This document shows positions 19,502 through 30,009 of a stretch of DNA of 64,000 nt, one piece after another. Position 1 is the stretch's first letter; each line of letters starts with the position of its first letter. The notes beneath the pieces are model-generated. The model was given only the letters and a program-made list of their open reading frames with translations, ran no database searches and was not told the origin of the DNA. The stretch is from a virus. Location of the stretch: positions 12,602 through 76,601 of the IMG/VR virus record IMGVR_UViG_3300023110_000024; one strand, 5' to 3'. The position numbers and the translations under genes are program-made.

Positions 19502-20982
19502 TGCAATGGTTTTATGATGCACAGATACGGCGTTATATTTTACAACTAATAAGAATGTTGAGCTATCTTACATATAAAGATGGCGATGGAGAGCTTATAC
19601 AAGTTCCTGTAATGTATGGTGATCCATCAAGATCCGCTGCTTTTATAATCAAAGACGGTAGTGAAAATATGGCGCAGTCTGCCCCAAAGATTGCTTTGTA
19701 TATTACAAATTTAGAGATGGATCGTGAGAGATCATCAGATAGTACATTTGTTAGCAAAGTCCAAATTAGAGAGCGAGCTTTTGATAAAGATAATCAACAA
19801 TATTTGCACAAGGAAGGACGTAACTATACTGTAGAGCGTCTTATGCCTACGCCATATAAATTATCAGTCAATGCTGATATATGGACAACTAATACAGATC
19901 AAAAGTTACAACTAATGGAACAGATTCTAATGCTGTTCAATCCAAGTTTAGAAATACAAACAACAGACAATTTTGTTGATTGGACATCACTTACTGTCGT
20001 AGAGCTAGACTCTATTACATTTAGTAGCCGATCAGTAGGTGGTGGTAGCACAGAAACAGAAATTGATATTGCTACATTAGGGTTTTCAACACCAATATTC
20101 ATATCACCCCCAGCTAAAGTAAAACGATTAAATGTAATTCATAATATTATTACATCTATATTCAATGAGCAACACGGATCTGTTGAGCGTGGTGAGACTA
20201 TGCCTGAGATGTTAGCATATGCTTCTAACAGAGCATATTTGTCTGATACAAAAACTCGTCCAGTTATAAATGAGGATGGAACATTAGGTATGGCAAGTGA
20301 AGGTATGAGAGCATCGCGCCCAGAGCCAAATACAGTAGCTTGGTCCACTACATATAAAAATTATGATTTGTTAGTCCTAAATGATAAACTAACATTTATT
20401 GATAACAGAGATGAAGGCATACTTCCTTGGCGAGATTATATTAAAGCACACCCTAAAGGTGATTGTTATGAGCCGCATCTAACACAAGTAAAATTATATC
20501 GCAGTGATTTTGAATCTCCACTAGCAGGTTATGTTCATATCAATCCTGACAATGAATATGAGATGCTTGTAGATTGGGATATGGATACATTACCAAGCGA
20601 TACAGTTCTTACAGGACCGTTAGGCGACAATACTAAAATAGATTATATTATAGATCCATTCAAAGTAGATGTTACTAAATTGAATAGAGTTGGGATGCGG
20701 ATTCTAATTCTAAATGAGGATATTGGCAATAAAGATAATGAAGATGGTCCGGATGCTTGGAAAAATTATGATGGATCAGATTTTGTTGCTAGTGCTAATG
20801 ACATTATTGAGTGGGACGGACAGCGATGGTGGATAGTATTTGATGCTGATTTACATTATAATGATCAGACTGTATATACTACAAATCTAAACACTGGCAT
20901 TCAATACAAATATGATGGAGCTGAATGGCTATTGAGCTATGAGGGAGAATACTCAAATGGAACTTGGGCACTAGTGTATTAA
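19501..20982 (+). CDS. gp15: Tail sheath stabiliser/terminator (gp15-like) with C-terminal extension
   Basis: FYDAQIRRY, VPVMYG, MPTPYKL and QLMEQILMLFNP motifs. Confidence 0.85.
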   Translation: MQWFYDAQIRRYILQLIRMLSYLTYKDGDGELIQVPVMYGDPSRSAAFIIKDGSENMAQSAPKIALYITNLEMDRERSSDSTFVSKVQIRERAFDKDNQQYLHKEGRNYTVERLMPTPYKLSVNADIWTTNTDQKLQLMEQILMLFNPSLEIQTTDNFVDWTSLTVVELDSITFSSRSVGGGSTETEIDIATLGFSTPIFISPPAKVKRLNVIHNIITSIFNEQHGSVERGETMPEMLAYASNRAYLSDTKTRPVINEDGTLGMASEGMRASRPEPNTVAWSTTYKNYDLLVLNDKLTFIDNRDEGILPWRDYIKAHPKGDCYEPHLTQVKLYRSDFESPLAGYVHINPDNEYEMLVDWDMDTLPSDTVLTGPLGDNTKIDYIIDPFKVDVTKLNRVGMRILILNEDIGNKDNEDGPDAWKNYDGSDFVASANDIIEWDGQRWWIVFDADLHYNDQTVYTTNLNTGIQYKYDGAEWLLSYEGEYSNGTWALVY

Positions 20983-20995
20983 GATAACTATTTGT

Positions 20996-21427
20996 ATGAA
21001 AAAAGTTATCTGTAGCGGGGCATTATTTTATGCTCTATCATCTAATAGATTCTTATTTTTACATCGAGCTCGCAGTAAGCATTCTGATACATGGGGGCTT
21101 GTGGGAGGTGTAAATGAGGAAAAAGAAACTCCTTGGAATGCTCTTGAGCGAGAAATTGTAGAAGAAATATCACCTACTGAAATCAAAAAAACTATTCCTT
21201 TAGAAACTTATGTAAGTAATGATAACTTTTTTACTTTTCATACATATCTTTGTTTAGTTGAAAAAGAATTTATTCCTGTGCTAAATGAAGAACATGATGG
21301 ATATGCTTGGGTAAGTTATAAGAAGTGGCCTCGACCATTACATCAAGGCCTAAAAAATACTCTAAATAATCGTATCAATCAAGTTAAATTAGATACTGTG
21401 ATGAATCTAATCAATCTTATTAGTTGA
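20996..21427 (+). CDS. NUDIX hydrolase
   Basis: Nudix box GGVNEEKETPWNALEREIVEE; LNEEHDGYAW. Confidence 0.88.
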   Translation: MKKVICSGALFYALSSNRFLFLHRARSKHSDTWGLVGGVNEEKETPWNALEREIVEEISPTEIKKTIPLETYVSNDNFFTFHTYLCLVEKEFIPVLNEEHDGYAWVSYKKWPRPLHQGLKNTLNNRINQVKLDTVMNLINLIS

Positions 21428-22487
21428 AGGTGTAAGTTACATCAGTACCAGATTCTTCTCTAACAATACGTGGATCTGGATTTCCTGTATCAACCATATT
21501 TCCATTTTGTGTTAGTGTACCTAAAAAGTCAATACTTCCTGTTACATATAAATCATCTACAACATATGTCATACCACTAGCTGAGTCTAACTCTAGGTTT
21601 CCAGTAGTTGTGTCAATAGTATTGCCATCAACTATACCAATTTGAAGATTACCAAATGTAAAACCTGCCGCTGAACTACTACTCCAAGTATGCATTCCTG
21701 CTCCATCAGTGTGTAACAGTTGTCCAGAAGTTCCTTCCATAATATTAAAATCTGCTAGTGTTTGTGGTGGTGTTACAAATGATACTGTACCGCTGCCATT
21801 AGTTGTTAGCACTTGTCCAGTAGTTCCGTCTGTAGTTGGGAATGTATAGTTACCATTAAAATTAACACTGCCCATAACTGTTACAGTACCGCCTACTGAA
21901 CTTACTGTTAAGTTTCCTGAGAGTGTGTTTATGTTATTTGTTGTGGTTGCAAGACTATATACATTTCCCCAGGTATTAGTTGTTGCTCCTAAACTGTAAA
22001 CAGCACTAATAATAGGTGCAATTGAGCCTGTAATATTTACATTTCCTGATGCAGTTATATTACCAGATGCAGAGTCGAGAATCAAAGTACCCGAAGTTGT
22101 GTCAATCTTTAGGTCGGAATCAACACCAATTCTAATATTACCAAAGGTTCGTGTTGGATCTGCAAAGGACACGGTGCCTGAGCCATCTGTTTTTAATATC
22201 TGCCCAGCAGTTCCATCAGCTCCAGGAAGTTCATAGGAACTGTTGATTTTATATCCTGTTGTGATGAGATCGGCTGCTAATACAACATTCCCAGTAGCTC
22301 CTAATACTAAATCTCCTGAGGAGGTATCAATAGTGTTGTCAGTTGTTACGCCTACTTGAATATTATCTACAGTTTGTTCGCCTGTAGTTTCAGCAATAAC
22401 ATTCCATACAGTGCCATTATATTCCCAAGTAGTTCCGCCTTCTGAATATTGTTGCCCACTTGAGGGCGATGCGGGAAAACTAATCAT
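21420..22487 (-). CDS. Fibre protein with motif A at the N-terminus and a REE motif at the C-terminus
   Basis: G/T/S-rich; PxxDGTxGQxLxTDGxG repeats and three NIxxGxxxxxxIDTxxGxLxL repeats. Confidence 0.75.
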   Translation of the reverse strand: MISFPASPSSGQQYSEGGTTWEYNGTVWNVIAETTGEQTVDNIQVGVTTDNTIDTSSGDLVLGATGNVVLAADLITTGYKINSSYELPGADGTAGQILKTDGSGTVSFADPTRTFGNIRIGVDSDLKIDTTSGTLILDSASGNITASGNVNITGSIAPIISAVYSLGATTNTWGNVYSLATTTNNINTLSGNLTVSSVGGTVTVMGSVNFNGNYTFPTTDGTTGQVLTTNGSGTVSFVTPPQTLADFNIMEGTSGQLLHTDGAGMHTWSSSSAAGFTFGNLQIGIVDGNTIDTTTGNLELDSASGMTYVVDDLYVTGSIDFLGTLTQNGNMVDTGNPDPRIVREESGTDVTYTFN

Positions 22488-22514
22488 AGTTTGCTCCTTC
22501 CTTTACAATATTTA

Positions 22515-23252
22515 TCAGTCTAGGATTTTATTTTTGAGGTGATGTTCTACTACTTCGTTAGGACAGTTGATGTATAAGGCTTCCATCTCATCTAGCCAAT
22601 TGAGTAAGTGTCTAATAGTAGGTGCTTTTCCTGCCTCAAATAATTCCTCAACAGTTTGAATATATTCTAAACAGTGCCGTCTTGCTACTAGTGGATGGAT
22701 TCCGCTCCATTCTAAACTCTCTTGGATTCCTCTAGGAATAGTTCCTGTGGCTTGGAATTCCTCAATAGCTCTCCTAAATGCTCCGCGGATTTTTTCACGC
22801 TTATCATTCTCACGAACCATCTCGGGTGGAATTTCATCTGGAAGATTAAAGTTTTTTCGTAGTGCATCAATTTGATCTTGATAGCTTTGTAATTCTTCCA
22901 TTGCGTTACGAATAGCAGTTCTAGAACTTTCAAGTCCTGCTTCAAGTTCCTCTGCTTTTAGTTGTGCCATAGGATCATTGATTTTCATACGATATTGTTC
23001 TATTCGTAATTCATTTTTCTTATGTCTAAACCAAGTTTCTCGTAAAGCGTTCAAACGGTTTTGTTGTTGCATGGCGCATTGTTGTAACCATACAAGAGGT
23101 GTTTGTCCTGAATATTGTAAATCAGCAATAGTTGTTTCTGCGTTTTTAGAAACAATAAGTTCATCAATTTGTTTTTGTACTATAGGCAGGGTTGCTTCAA
23201 GTTTTACAGCGATATCATTTGGTACTTGTCTAATATCAATTTCTGTTGTCAT
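22515..23252 (-). CDS. Coiled-coil protein in the Kelch/fibre cassette
   Basis: All-helical heptad pattern, unlike its beta-rich neighbours. Confidence 0.6.
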   Translation of the reverse strand: MTTEIDIRQVPNDIAVKLEATLPIVQKQIDELIVSKNAETTIADLQYSGQTPLVWLQQCAMQQQNRLNALRETWFRHKKNELRIEQYRMKINDPMAQLKAEELEAGLESSRTAIRNAMEELQSYQDQIDALRKNFNLPDEIPPEMVRENDKREKIRGAFRRAIEEFQATGTIPRGIQESLEWSGIHPLVARRHCLEYIQTVEELFEAGKAPTIRHLLNWLDEMEALYINCPNEVVEHHLKNKILD

Positions 23253-23263
23253 AATCCTCTATA

Positions 23264-24295
23264 TTATATGCCAGAGCTCACAGCTCCTTCAGTTGAGTTG
23301 CTCGCTAGACTGTTACTTGTAGTTATTATTTCTATCATATCCTCGTGACGAATATGGTTTATTCTGCTTATAGCGTCACCGTCACCTATCAAATCATGTC
23401 CGCCAGCGCCCATAATAACATCGCCATTGGAGCAGGTTTGAACTTCCTTTGTGGCTGTTGCTAGTGTTATTGATAAAGTAAGAACATAATCGTCATATCT
23501 TAATTTTCTAATTTGATTCCAATTAGCACTATAATCTGGTTCTTCCCCGCCAACTAGCACAATACAATTTCCTCCAGATGCTCCGTTAACATCGTTTCGT
23601 GCTGTTAAATATGAATCCATAGAGGATACAAATATAGAAGTAGAGGATGATCCTGCCATACGATATTTTTCATATGATGCTGTGGCAGCTCCTGCTATAA
23701 TTCCATCTCTTGCTTCGTCACTCCAACCTTGGCAAACAAAAGCATCTTCTCCATTGCCTGCTACAGTATGATGCCATCGTGCTACTGTAAAACTTGGATA
23801 AGTTGTTGCTGCTGCCGAGTCATCATTTCTTAGTCTGTCTGGAGCGTTTATTACGGTGAACATTCCCGATCCCGCATTTCTACCACCAAAGAAATATTGT
23901 TCTGTAGCGGTTCCAGTTCCCATCAGTCCAGTTCGTGCTGAGGTTAGATTATTATTTGTAATAGTTACTGATGCTTCTGATGAGATTTGAAACTTTTCTA
24001 CTGCTTGTCTGTATCCACCAGATCCTCTACCCTGTGCTACATATATATTTGTTCCATCAGATGTTGAGCAGTGATGTCTTCTATCTTCAACCATAGTAGT
24101 TGTTGATGTTGTAACTACCACACTATCATCAAATCTTATTTTTTGTAATGAATCTGTTTGAGAGCCTGGTATTGACGGACGCCCGCCATTGTATATAGCA
24201 ACATCAGCACACCCGTGCCCGTCAATTATAACTGCATCAGCTAAATCAGATGTTGTAATATCAAAAAATCCATCGGCAAATATAATGGCTGCCAT
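23264..24295 (-). CDS. Kelch-like beta-propeller protein (pair 1, second gene); start revised to 24295
   Basis: Repeated GG...(K/R)xR(F/Y)DD blades; ATG overlaps the upstream stop (TAATG) and GGAGG lies upstream. Confidence 0.7.
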   Translation of the reverse strand: MAAIIFADGFFDITTSDLADAVIIDGHGCADVAIYNGGRPSIPGSQTDSLQKIRFDDSVVVTTSTTTMVEDRRHHCSTSDGTNIYVAQGRGSGGYRQAVEKFQISSEASVTITNNNLTSARTGLMGTGTATEQYFFGGRNAGSGMFTVINAPDRLRNDDSAAATTYPSFTVARWHHTVAGNGEDAFVCQGWSDEARDGIIAGAATASYEKYRMAGSSSTSIFVSSMDSYLTARNDVNGASGGNCIVLVGGEEPDYSANWNQIRKLRYDDYVLTLSITLATATKEVQTCSNGDVIMGAGGHDLIGDGDAISRINHIRHEDMIEIITTSNSLASNSTEGAVSSGI

Positions 24296-25503
24296 TAGCT
24301 TATTCCTCCACCACAAGCGGCTTGTTTTGCTTCTTGTAGTCTTGTAGAAAGTATTTGACAGGCGGCGCTATCATCAAATTTCATTTTTTGTATAACATCG
24401 TTTCCTATTCCGCTCTGAGAACCAGCAGAAGTCCAACCATTAGATACATACGCACTTCCGTCAGCATAATCTCCTGCGCTTACATGGCCGGCTGCTCTAG
24501 TAGAGGTTCTATATGTTAGAACTGTGGAAGTAGTTGGATCATCATATTTGAATTTCCAAAAGGACCATGTAGAATAACTCACAACATCGCCATTATATTC
24601 TAGCATAGTTCCATTAGTGATAGCATTATAATTGGCTGTTGTTACTGCAGCAGCATCATCCGCATATCTGTGTTTCTCTCCAGATATTCCAGTTATGGAA
24701 TTACTCATTCCTGGAACTCTACCACCTACTCTTAAGTAATCATATTCCTGTCCTACGGTGCTAGCTCTATAATATGTTTGTGACATTGGGTTTGCTGCAA
24801 CTGCAACAACATTAGGGTCATCCCATCGATATTTGTCTATATCAGTTTGATAGAGATATCCTCCACTGCCACCAATAAAATCAAATTTTTCCATTGCTAC
24901 ATTATGAATATCAGTATAATTAGATACTAAATTTCCTGTTGCAGAGCTTTCGATGCCGCTGGTAGTCGTAGCACCATATCCAACTTTCCAATTGGTTCTA
25001 TTAAATGATCCAGACCAATTTGCGGTTCCGTTTGTACGAAAAGCAGCAACATCATAATTTCTTGTAACTGAGGCGGTAGTAGTAAATGCATTATCTTCAG
25101 CAGGAATAGTACCAACTTTATGAGCCAAATCATCGAATTTGACTTGATCTATATGATCAAGATAATTTGGGATTGGAGTTCCATCTTCATCAAAGCCCAA
25201 GGGTTCTCCTCTTCCTCCCATTACTATTATAGAAATATTTCTTGGATATAGCTGGTGGATATAAGGAAGATTGAGATATTTTAAGGCGCTTATATAAACT
25301 AATTTATTTGTAGTTGGGCATTTTACTGCGTCTAATACTGCATTAACTGGTTTGCCTTGGGTAATGTCTTGTCCTGCAACTTGAACAGGTCCTCGATTCA
25401 TATATGTCGTAAAGTCAGACGAGTTTGCGATTCTTGATAATTGTATTGTTGTTGGGTAAGTTTCTTTTGATTTTACACTAAAAAATCTAAATGTCGTTGC
25501 CAT
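24295..25503 (-). CDS. Kelch-like beta-propeller protein (pair 1, first gene)
   Basis: KFDD, RWDD and KYDD blade motifs with GG doublets. Confidence 0.65.
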   Translation of the reverse strand: MATTFRFFSVKSKETYPTTIQLSRIANSSDFTTYMNRGPVQVAGQDITQGKPVNAVLDAVKCPTTNKLVYISALKYLNLPYIHQLYPRNISIIVMGGRGEPLGFDEDGTPIPNYLDHIDQVKFDDLAHKVGTIPAEDNAFTTTASVTRNYDVAAFRTNGTANWSGSFNRTNWKVGYGATTTSGIESSATGNLVSNYTDIHNVAMEKFDFIGGSGGYLYQTDIDKYRWDDPNVVAVAANPMSQTYYRASTVGQEYDYLRVGGRVPGMSNSITGISGEKHRYADDAAAVTTANYNAITNGTMLEYNGDVVSYSTWSFWKFKYDDPTTSTVLTYRTSTRAAGHVSAGDYADGSAYVSNGWTSAGSQSGIGNDVIQKMKFDDSAACQILSTRLQEAKQAACGGGIS

Positions 25504-25540
25504 TAGCTCTCTTTAAATATTATAGTGTATTTATGCAGAA

Positions 25541-25566
25541 ATGTCAAGCTCCAAAGAGCTTGACAT
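25541..25566 (-). terminator. Perfect 11-bp hairpin after a fibre gene
   Basis: atgtcaagctc-caaa-gagcttgacat, followed on the - strand by a new TAAATA at 25528-25533. Confidence 0.65.
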
Positions 25567-25576
25567 ATATGGATTA

Positions 25577-27268
25577 TTATAGAGGCTGGATCCAGTTTCC
25601 TACGCCTGTGCCGGAATCTACGACCCAAATATAAAGAATACCTGAGTTGCGATCCAACCACATCATGCCCTCATCTGGAGAGGCAGGTGCTGCGGTATCA
25701 ACTGTACAAGCTCCGCCAACTTTTACGCCATCAACATACAAGTCGTTTCCTTGTACTGTCAATGGAATATTTACTGCTGGAGTTGCAGGATCAACCATGT
25801 GAATGGTTTGAGCATAAATGTTAGTCCAGCGAAGAGCTGCTCCGCCCAAGTCCCATGTCAAATCAGCGTTTGGGTTGATAGTATCGGCAGCTACACCAGC
25901 AAGTGAGCTTGCGCCAATTACACCAAGTGTTCCGCCAACTGTTGCGCCGTTTGTCACAGCCAATGTATCACCAGCAGTTACCGCACCAGTTACAGCCAAA
26001 GTTGAACTCAATGTTGCTGCGCCTGTTACATTCAATGCATCACTAAGTGTAGCCACTCCAGTTACGTCCAAAGTTGATGACATTGTAGCTGCGCCAGTTA
26101 CGCCCAAAGTTGAGCTTAGTGTAGTTGCTCCAGATACAGTGGTAGCTCCGTTGATACTAACGTTGCCACTATTTGAACTTAAAACCAAATCACCAGTAAT
26201 TGTGTCAATAGTTTGATCATCTGTTACAGCAATTTGGATATTACCAAAGTTAGTGCTTGGAACTGTCAAGTTGTTAACTGTAATGGAGTCAAAATAACCA
26301 TGGTTCCACATCGTCAATTCATGGCCCAAGTCGTATGTTTTGTCTGCTGATGGCATAACATGACCTGAAAAGTCAGCGCCACCAAATGCTACGTTGCCCA
26401 GTGTTCCTGAGAAAACTTCGCCTGTGTTAGTTGCGTCTGGCATAAAGGTAAATTTCTGAACTGAGCGATCAAAGCCAAAGAAACCAACCTTTGCTGCTGT
26501 GCCGTCGTGCCATTGGTACTCAATACCGCGATCCAATCCGTCGTTTGTAGTAGGAGCAGTGTCGCCACCCAGTGTCATAACGGGATCATCAAGTGTTACA
26601 GTAGTTGAATTTACTGTAGTTGTAGTTCCATTTACAGTCAAGTCACCTGTAATAGTTACATTACCAAGTGTGCTTGTTCCACCAGTTGTGGAGCCTGTAA
26701 TCAAAATGTTACCAGCAATAGTTACATCACCGCCATCACCACTTGGGGAAGGATCAATAACAATAGCATTGGTTGCTGAACTAATAGTGTTGTTTGAGCC
26801 ATCAATTGTCAAATCACCAAGAACTACTTTGCTACCATAAATGTTATTCCAAACATTAGAAGCAGTACCTAAATCGTATGTAGCAGTAGCCAATGGAGTA
26901 ATAGTGTTTGAGGAAACAACGCCATTCAATGTAGTAGCGTCTGTAACAGCCAAAGAATTACCAAGTGCTGTAGCGCCAGTTACAGTGAATGTTCCACCAA
27001 CAGAAGCGTCAGTTGTAAATGTTGAAATACCTGTAACATCTAATGTGCCAGTTACAGCCAAGTTGTCATCAACTTGTGTATTACCAGTTGCAGAGTCTAA
27101 GATCAAGTCTAAAGTCTTAGTGTCAATCTCGTTGTCTGCTGTAATTGAGAGTTGAACATCACCGAAGGATGGTTGAACATTCCATACAGTACCGTCCCAT
27201 TCCCAAGTAGTCGCGCCGTAGGTATATAACTGTCCTACAGTAGTTGCGCTCGGAAAAGCAAAAGCCAT
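25577..27268 (-). CDS. Tail fibre protein (motif A N-terminus, motif B C-terminus)
   Basis: GATTLSSTLGVT-type 12-aa repeats; TTTTVNSTTVTLDDP...DRGIEYQWHDG domain. Confidence 0.8.
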   Translation of the reverse strand: MAFAFPSATTVGQLYTYGATTWEWDGTVWNVQPSFGDVQLSITADNEIDTKTLDLILDSATGNTQVDDNLAVTGTLDVTGISTFTTDASVGGTFTVTGATALGNSLAVTDATTLNGVVSSNTITPLATATYDLGTASNVWNNIYGSKVVLGDLTIDGSNNTISSATNAIVIDPSPSGDGGDVTIAGNILITGSTTGGTSTLGNVTITGDLTVNGTTTTVNSTTVTLDDPVMTLGGDTAPTTNDGLDRGIEYQWHDGTAAKVGFFGFDRSVQKFTFMPDATNTGEVFSGTLGNVAFGGADFSGHVMPSADKTYDLGHELTMWNHGYFDSITVNNLTVPSTNFGNIQIAVTDDQTIDTITGDLVLSSNSGNVSINGATTVSGATTLSSTLGVTGAATMSSTLDVTGVATLSDALNVTGAATLSSTLAVTGAVTAGDTLAVTNGATVGGTLGVIGASSLAGVAADTINPNADLTWDLGGAALRWTNIYAQTIHMVDPATPAVNIPLTVQGNDLYVDGVKVGGACTVDTAAPASPDEGMMWLDRNSGILYIWVVDSGTGVGNWIQPL

Positions 27269-27313
27269 ATCTTATCTCCTTTAAAAATCAGTAGCTTTAT
27301 ATATTTAGCAATA

Positions 27314-27544
27314 TTACATTATTCTTGGTTGCACCCAAGTATCTTGTGTTCTAAAATACAGTTTGCCATTTTCTGTATTCAACCACCTATTCGCTTCAAT
27401 TACATCCTCAGGTTCAGTATCTTGAGCAAAAATAGTCTTTTTATTTTTTGTAACCCACTGTCCACCATTCCAAGCCCAAGTTCGTCCTTCGTGCTCAAAT
27501 AGTTCTCCTACAGTAGTTCCAGTGGGAAAAGCAAATGCTGCCAT
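27314..27544 (-). CDS. Small A+B adaptor-like virion protein
   Basis: 76 aa made almost entirely of motif A (FP..G...TW.WNG.W) and motif B (P...W..TENGKLY...WVQ). Confidence 0.75.
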   Translation of the reverse strand: MAAFAFPTGTTVGELFEHEGRTWAWNGGQWVTKNKKTIFAQDTEPEDVIEANRWLNTENGKLYFRTQDTWVQPRIM

Positions 27545-27557
27545 TTAAGTCTCCTTA

Positions 27558-27803
27558 TTATGTTGGCTGATAGGCAGAGCCCATTTGTACCCATGCCCCT
27601 GAAGTGTCATAGAAATACATTCTGCCGTTTTCTGTGTTAAACCAATAGTTACCTGTTATTGGTGTTGGAGTTGTTGGGAGAGTATCTTGTACATACACTT
27701 CGTCACTGTATAATCGGTCCCAAGCAGTTCCATTATACTCCCAAGTGTTATCTCCTTCAGTATATAAGTTGCCTGCAGAGCCTGCAGGAAATGTAAGTGC
27801 CAT
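27558..27803 (-). CDS. Small A+B adaptor-like virion protein
   Basis: 81 aa with the same two motifs; has AGGAG and TATAAATA upstream. Confidence 0.75.
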   Translation of the reverse strand: MALTFPAGSAGNLYTEGDNTWEYNGTAWDRLYSDEVYVQDTLPTTPTPITGNYWFNTENGRMYFYDTSGAWVQMGSAYQPT

Positions 27804-27824
27804 TCATATTCTCCTTTATAATAT

Positions 27825-29999
27825 TTATACAGTTGTCCAAGGTTTAGCCATAGCTTCCGCTGGTGGTAATGCACCAGGACTAGATGATCCCAGCCATTCA
27901 GCATTAAATCCAGCAGGATTAGTGCCTATGTGTGTTGGTTGGATTATAGTGGCTGGATTTGACAATAAGGATATATGTTCTCCATCATCAGCTACGCCAA
28001 CAAAAAACAGTCTTGAATTAGCAGCAGCTATTGATTCATACTGTCCAAGATATCCTGGAAATCCTGGTATTTGTACTTCATTAGTATCTGGATTCATACC
28101 CATTATAGCCCAACAAGGATATACAAATGAATTATCAGGGAAGGATCTTGCATAAATCAACATACCATAATAGGATATGCCTGCTCTTAAATTAGGTACA
28201 GTTGTTGATCCATTCTCATTAACAAATTGATTAGTATCCGAATCCCAACTTGTAGTTATTGTTCGAGGAATATTTTGGGAAGCTCCTATATTAACAGCCC
28301 CTAGATTGTTTAGTCTTACCCGCATGAGTCTTGCTATTGTTGTTGTATTAGCATCTGATCCTGTTGAATATCCAACAAATGGGAATGTCTGCTCTGTCGT
28401 ATTTTCTACATTGAGGGTAGTCATATTATCTGTTGAGACTGTACTATAAAACGAATCTATTCCTGCTATAATATTGGGTTCAAAAACATAAGCAGCTCCT
28501 GAGTCAGTTTGGGCATCACTAGATTCTTCACCGTATGCCCCGGCGATAGCATATGATTCACATATAGCTACTTGCTCCGCAAATCTATCTGTTCTTCCTG
28601 TGCTTTGTAAATTAGGATTGTCTACTGTATCAAGTAACTTTCCTGTTGCTGGATCAAAGACGTATGCTTTGCCAGAGTAGAGATCCGACGAAGTATGATT
28701 CTCATTAGGAGCACCAACTATAGCATACGATTCACATATATCAACACCATAACCAAACTGATCACTTGCTGTTGTAGTAAGAGCATTTGGATTGTCTAGT
28801 GTATGAAGTAGAGCACCTGTTGCTGGGTTGTAAATGTATGCTTTACCAGACCATAATCCTGTACCACCACCTGGGTTACTTGATCCATCATCTTCTCCAT
28901 GTGCACCAACTATAGCATACGATTCACATATAGCAACAGCATAACCAAATAGATCATTATCAGCTACGTCAAATACATTTGGATTGTCTAGTGTATAAAG
29001 TAAATTTCCTGTTGATGTGTCGTAAATATATGCTCTACCAGAGTTGGCTCCTCCTTGATCTTCATATGGTGCGCCAACTATAGCATACGATTCACATATA
29101 TCAACCCGGTATCCAAACCTAGGGGTAGTACCACCAGAGGTTGGATTGTCTAGTGTATAAAGTAAATTTCCTGTTGATGTGTTGTAAATATATACTTTAC
29201 CAGAGTCGGCTACTGCTCCTTCATCTGCATGAGGAGCACCAACTATAGTATATGAATCAGAAATAGCAAGACCCCAGCCAAATCTAGCAGTGGTTTCTGG
29301 ATTTGGGTTATTTAATGTACGAAGTAAATTTCCGGTTGATGTGTCGTAAATATATACCTTGCCAGAAGCAGTTCCGCCAGTATCACTTTCTCCATATGCA
29401 CCAATTACGGCATAAGATTCAGATATATCAACACAATAACCAAAAAAATCATCTGCTGATGTGCCATCAACATTAGGGTTGTCTAGTGTATAAAGTAAAT
29501 TTCCTGTTGATGTGTCGTAAATATATGCTTTACCAGATTTATTTCCGCCAGCATCCTCTTCCCAATATGCTCCAACTATAAAGTATGAATCAGTGATACC
29601 AACACCCCAGCCAAATCGATCACTAAGTGCATCACCATAAACATTAGGATTTTCTTTTGAGTATTTTAGGTGCAGGCTTATTGATTCTCTCCATGTCATT
29701 GGTCGCCCAATAGGATTGACTCCCCAAGCATTTTTTGCGACAGCTTTATCAGTTTCAGCTGATGCAGTCGTAAATACTGACCCTTCGTTAATCCATTGCC
29801 CATCTAAATATGTATAAAGCCTGCCATTATCAGTATCAGTCCAATGTTGGCCCTCAACTGCTACTGTTGGAGCATCAGCTTGAAAGTAAGTTTTTGACGG
29901 GTCTAAATATTCCCATCCAGTTCCGTTATACACCCAGGTTGAAGTTCCATCTGTATATGTTTGCCCTACAGTGGTTGCTTCTGGGAATGCTATTGCCAT
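27825..29999 (-). CDS. FG-GAP (integrin-alpha-like) beta-propeller protein with A+B N-terminus
   Basis: Seven FG...AIVGA(P/Y/H)..D...SGKAYIYD repeats, several nearly identical at the DNA level. Confidence 0.85.
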   Translation of the reverse strand: MAIAFPEATTVGQTYTDGTSTWVYNGTGWEYLDPSKTYFQADAPTVAVEGQHWTDTDNGRLYTYLDGQWINEGSVFTTASAETDKAVAKNAWGVNPIGRPMTWRESISLHLKYSKENPNVYGDALSDRFGWGVGITDSYFIVGAYWEEDAGGNKSGKAYIYDTSTGNLLYTLDNPNVDGTSADDFFGYCVDISESYAVIGAYGESDTGGTASGKVYIYDTSTGNLLRTLNNPNPETTARFGWGLAISDSYTIVGAPHADEGAVADSGKVYIYNTSTGNLLYTLDNPTSGGTTPRFGYRVDICESYAIVGAPYEDQGGANSGRAYIYDTSTGNLLYTLDNPNVFDVADNDLFGYAVAICESYAIVGAHGEDDGSSNPGGGTGLWSGKAYIYNPATGALLHTLDNPNALTTTASDQFGYGVDICESYAIVGAPNENHTSSDLYSGKAYVFDPATGKLLDTVDNPNLQSTGRTDRFAEQVAICESYAIAGAYGEESSDAQTDSGAAYVFEPNIIAGIDSFYSTVSTDNMTTLNVENTTEQTFPFVGYSTGSDANTTTIARLMRVRLNNLGAVNIGASQNIPRTITTSWDSDTNQFVNENGSTTVPNLRAGISYYGMLIYARSFPDNSFVYPCWAIMGMNPDTNEVQIPGFPGYLGQYESIAAANSRLFFVGVADDGEHISLLSNPATIIQPTHIGTNPAGFNAEWLGSSSPGALPPAEAMAKPWTTV

Positions 30000-30009
30000 T
30001 TATTTCTCC

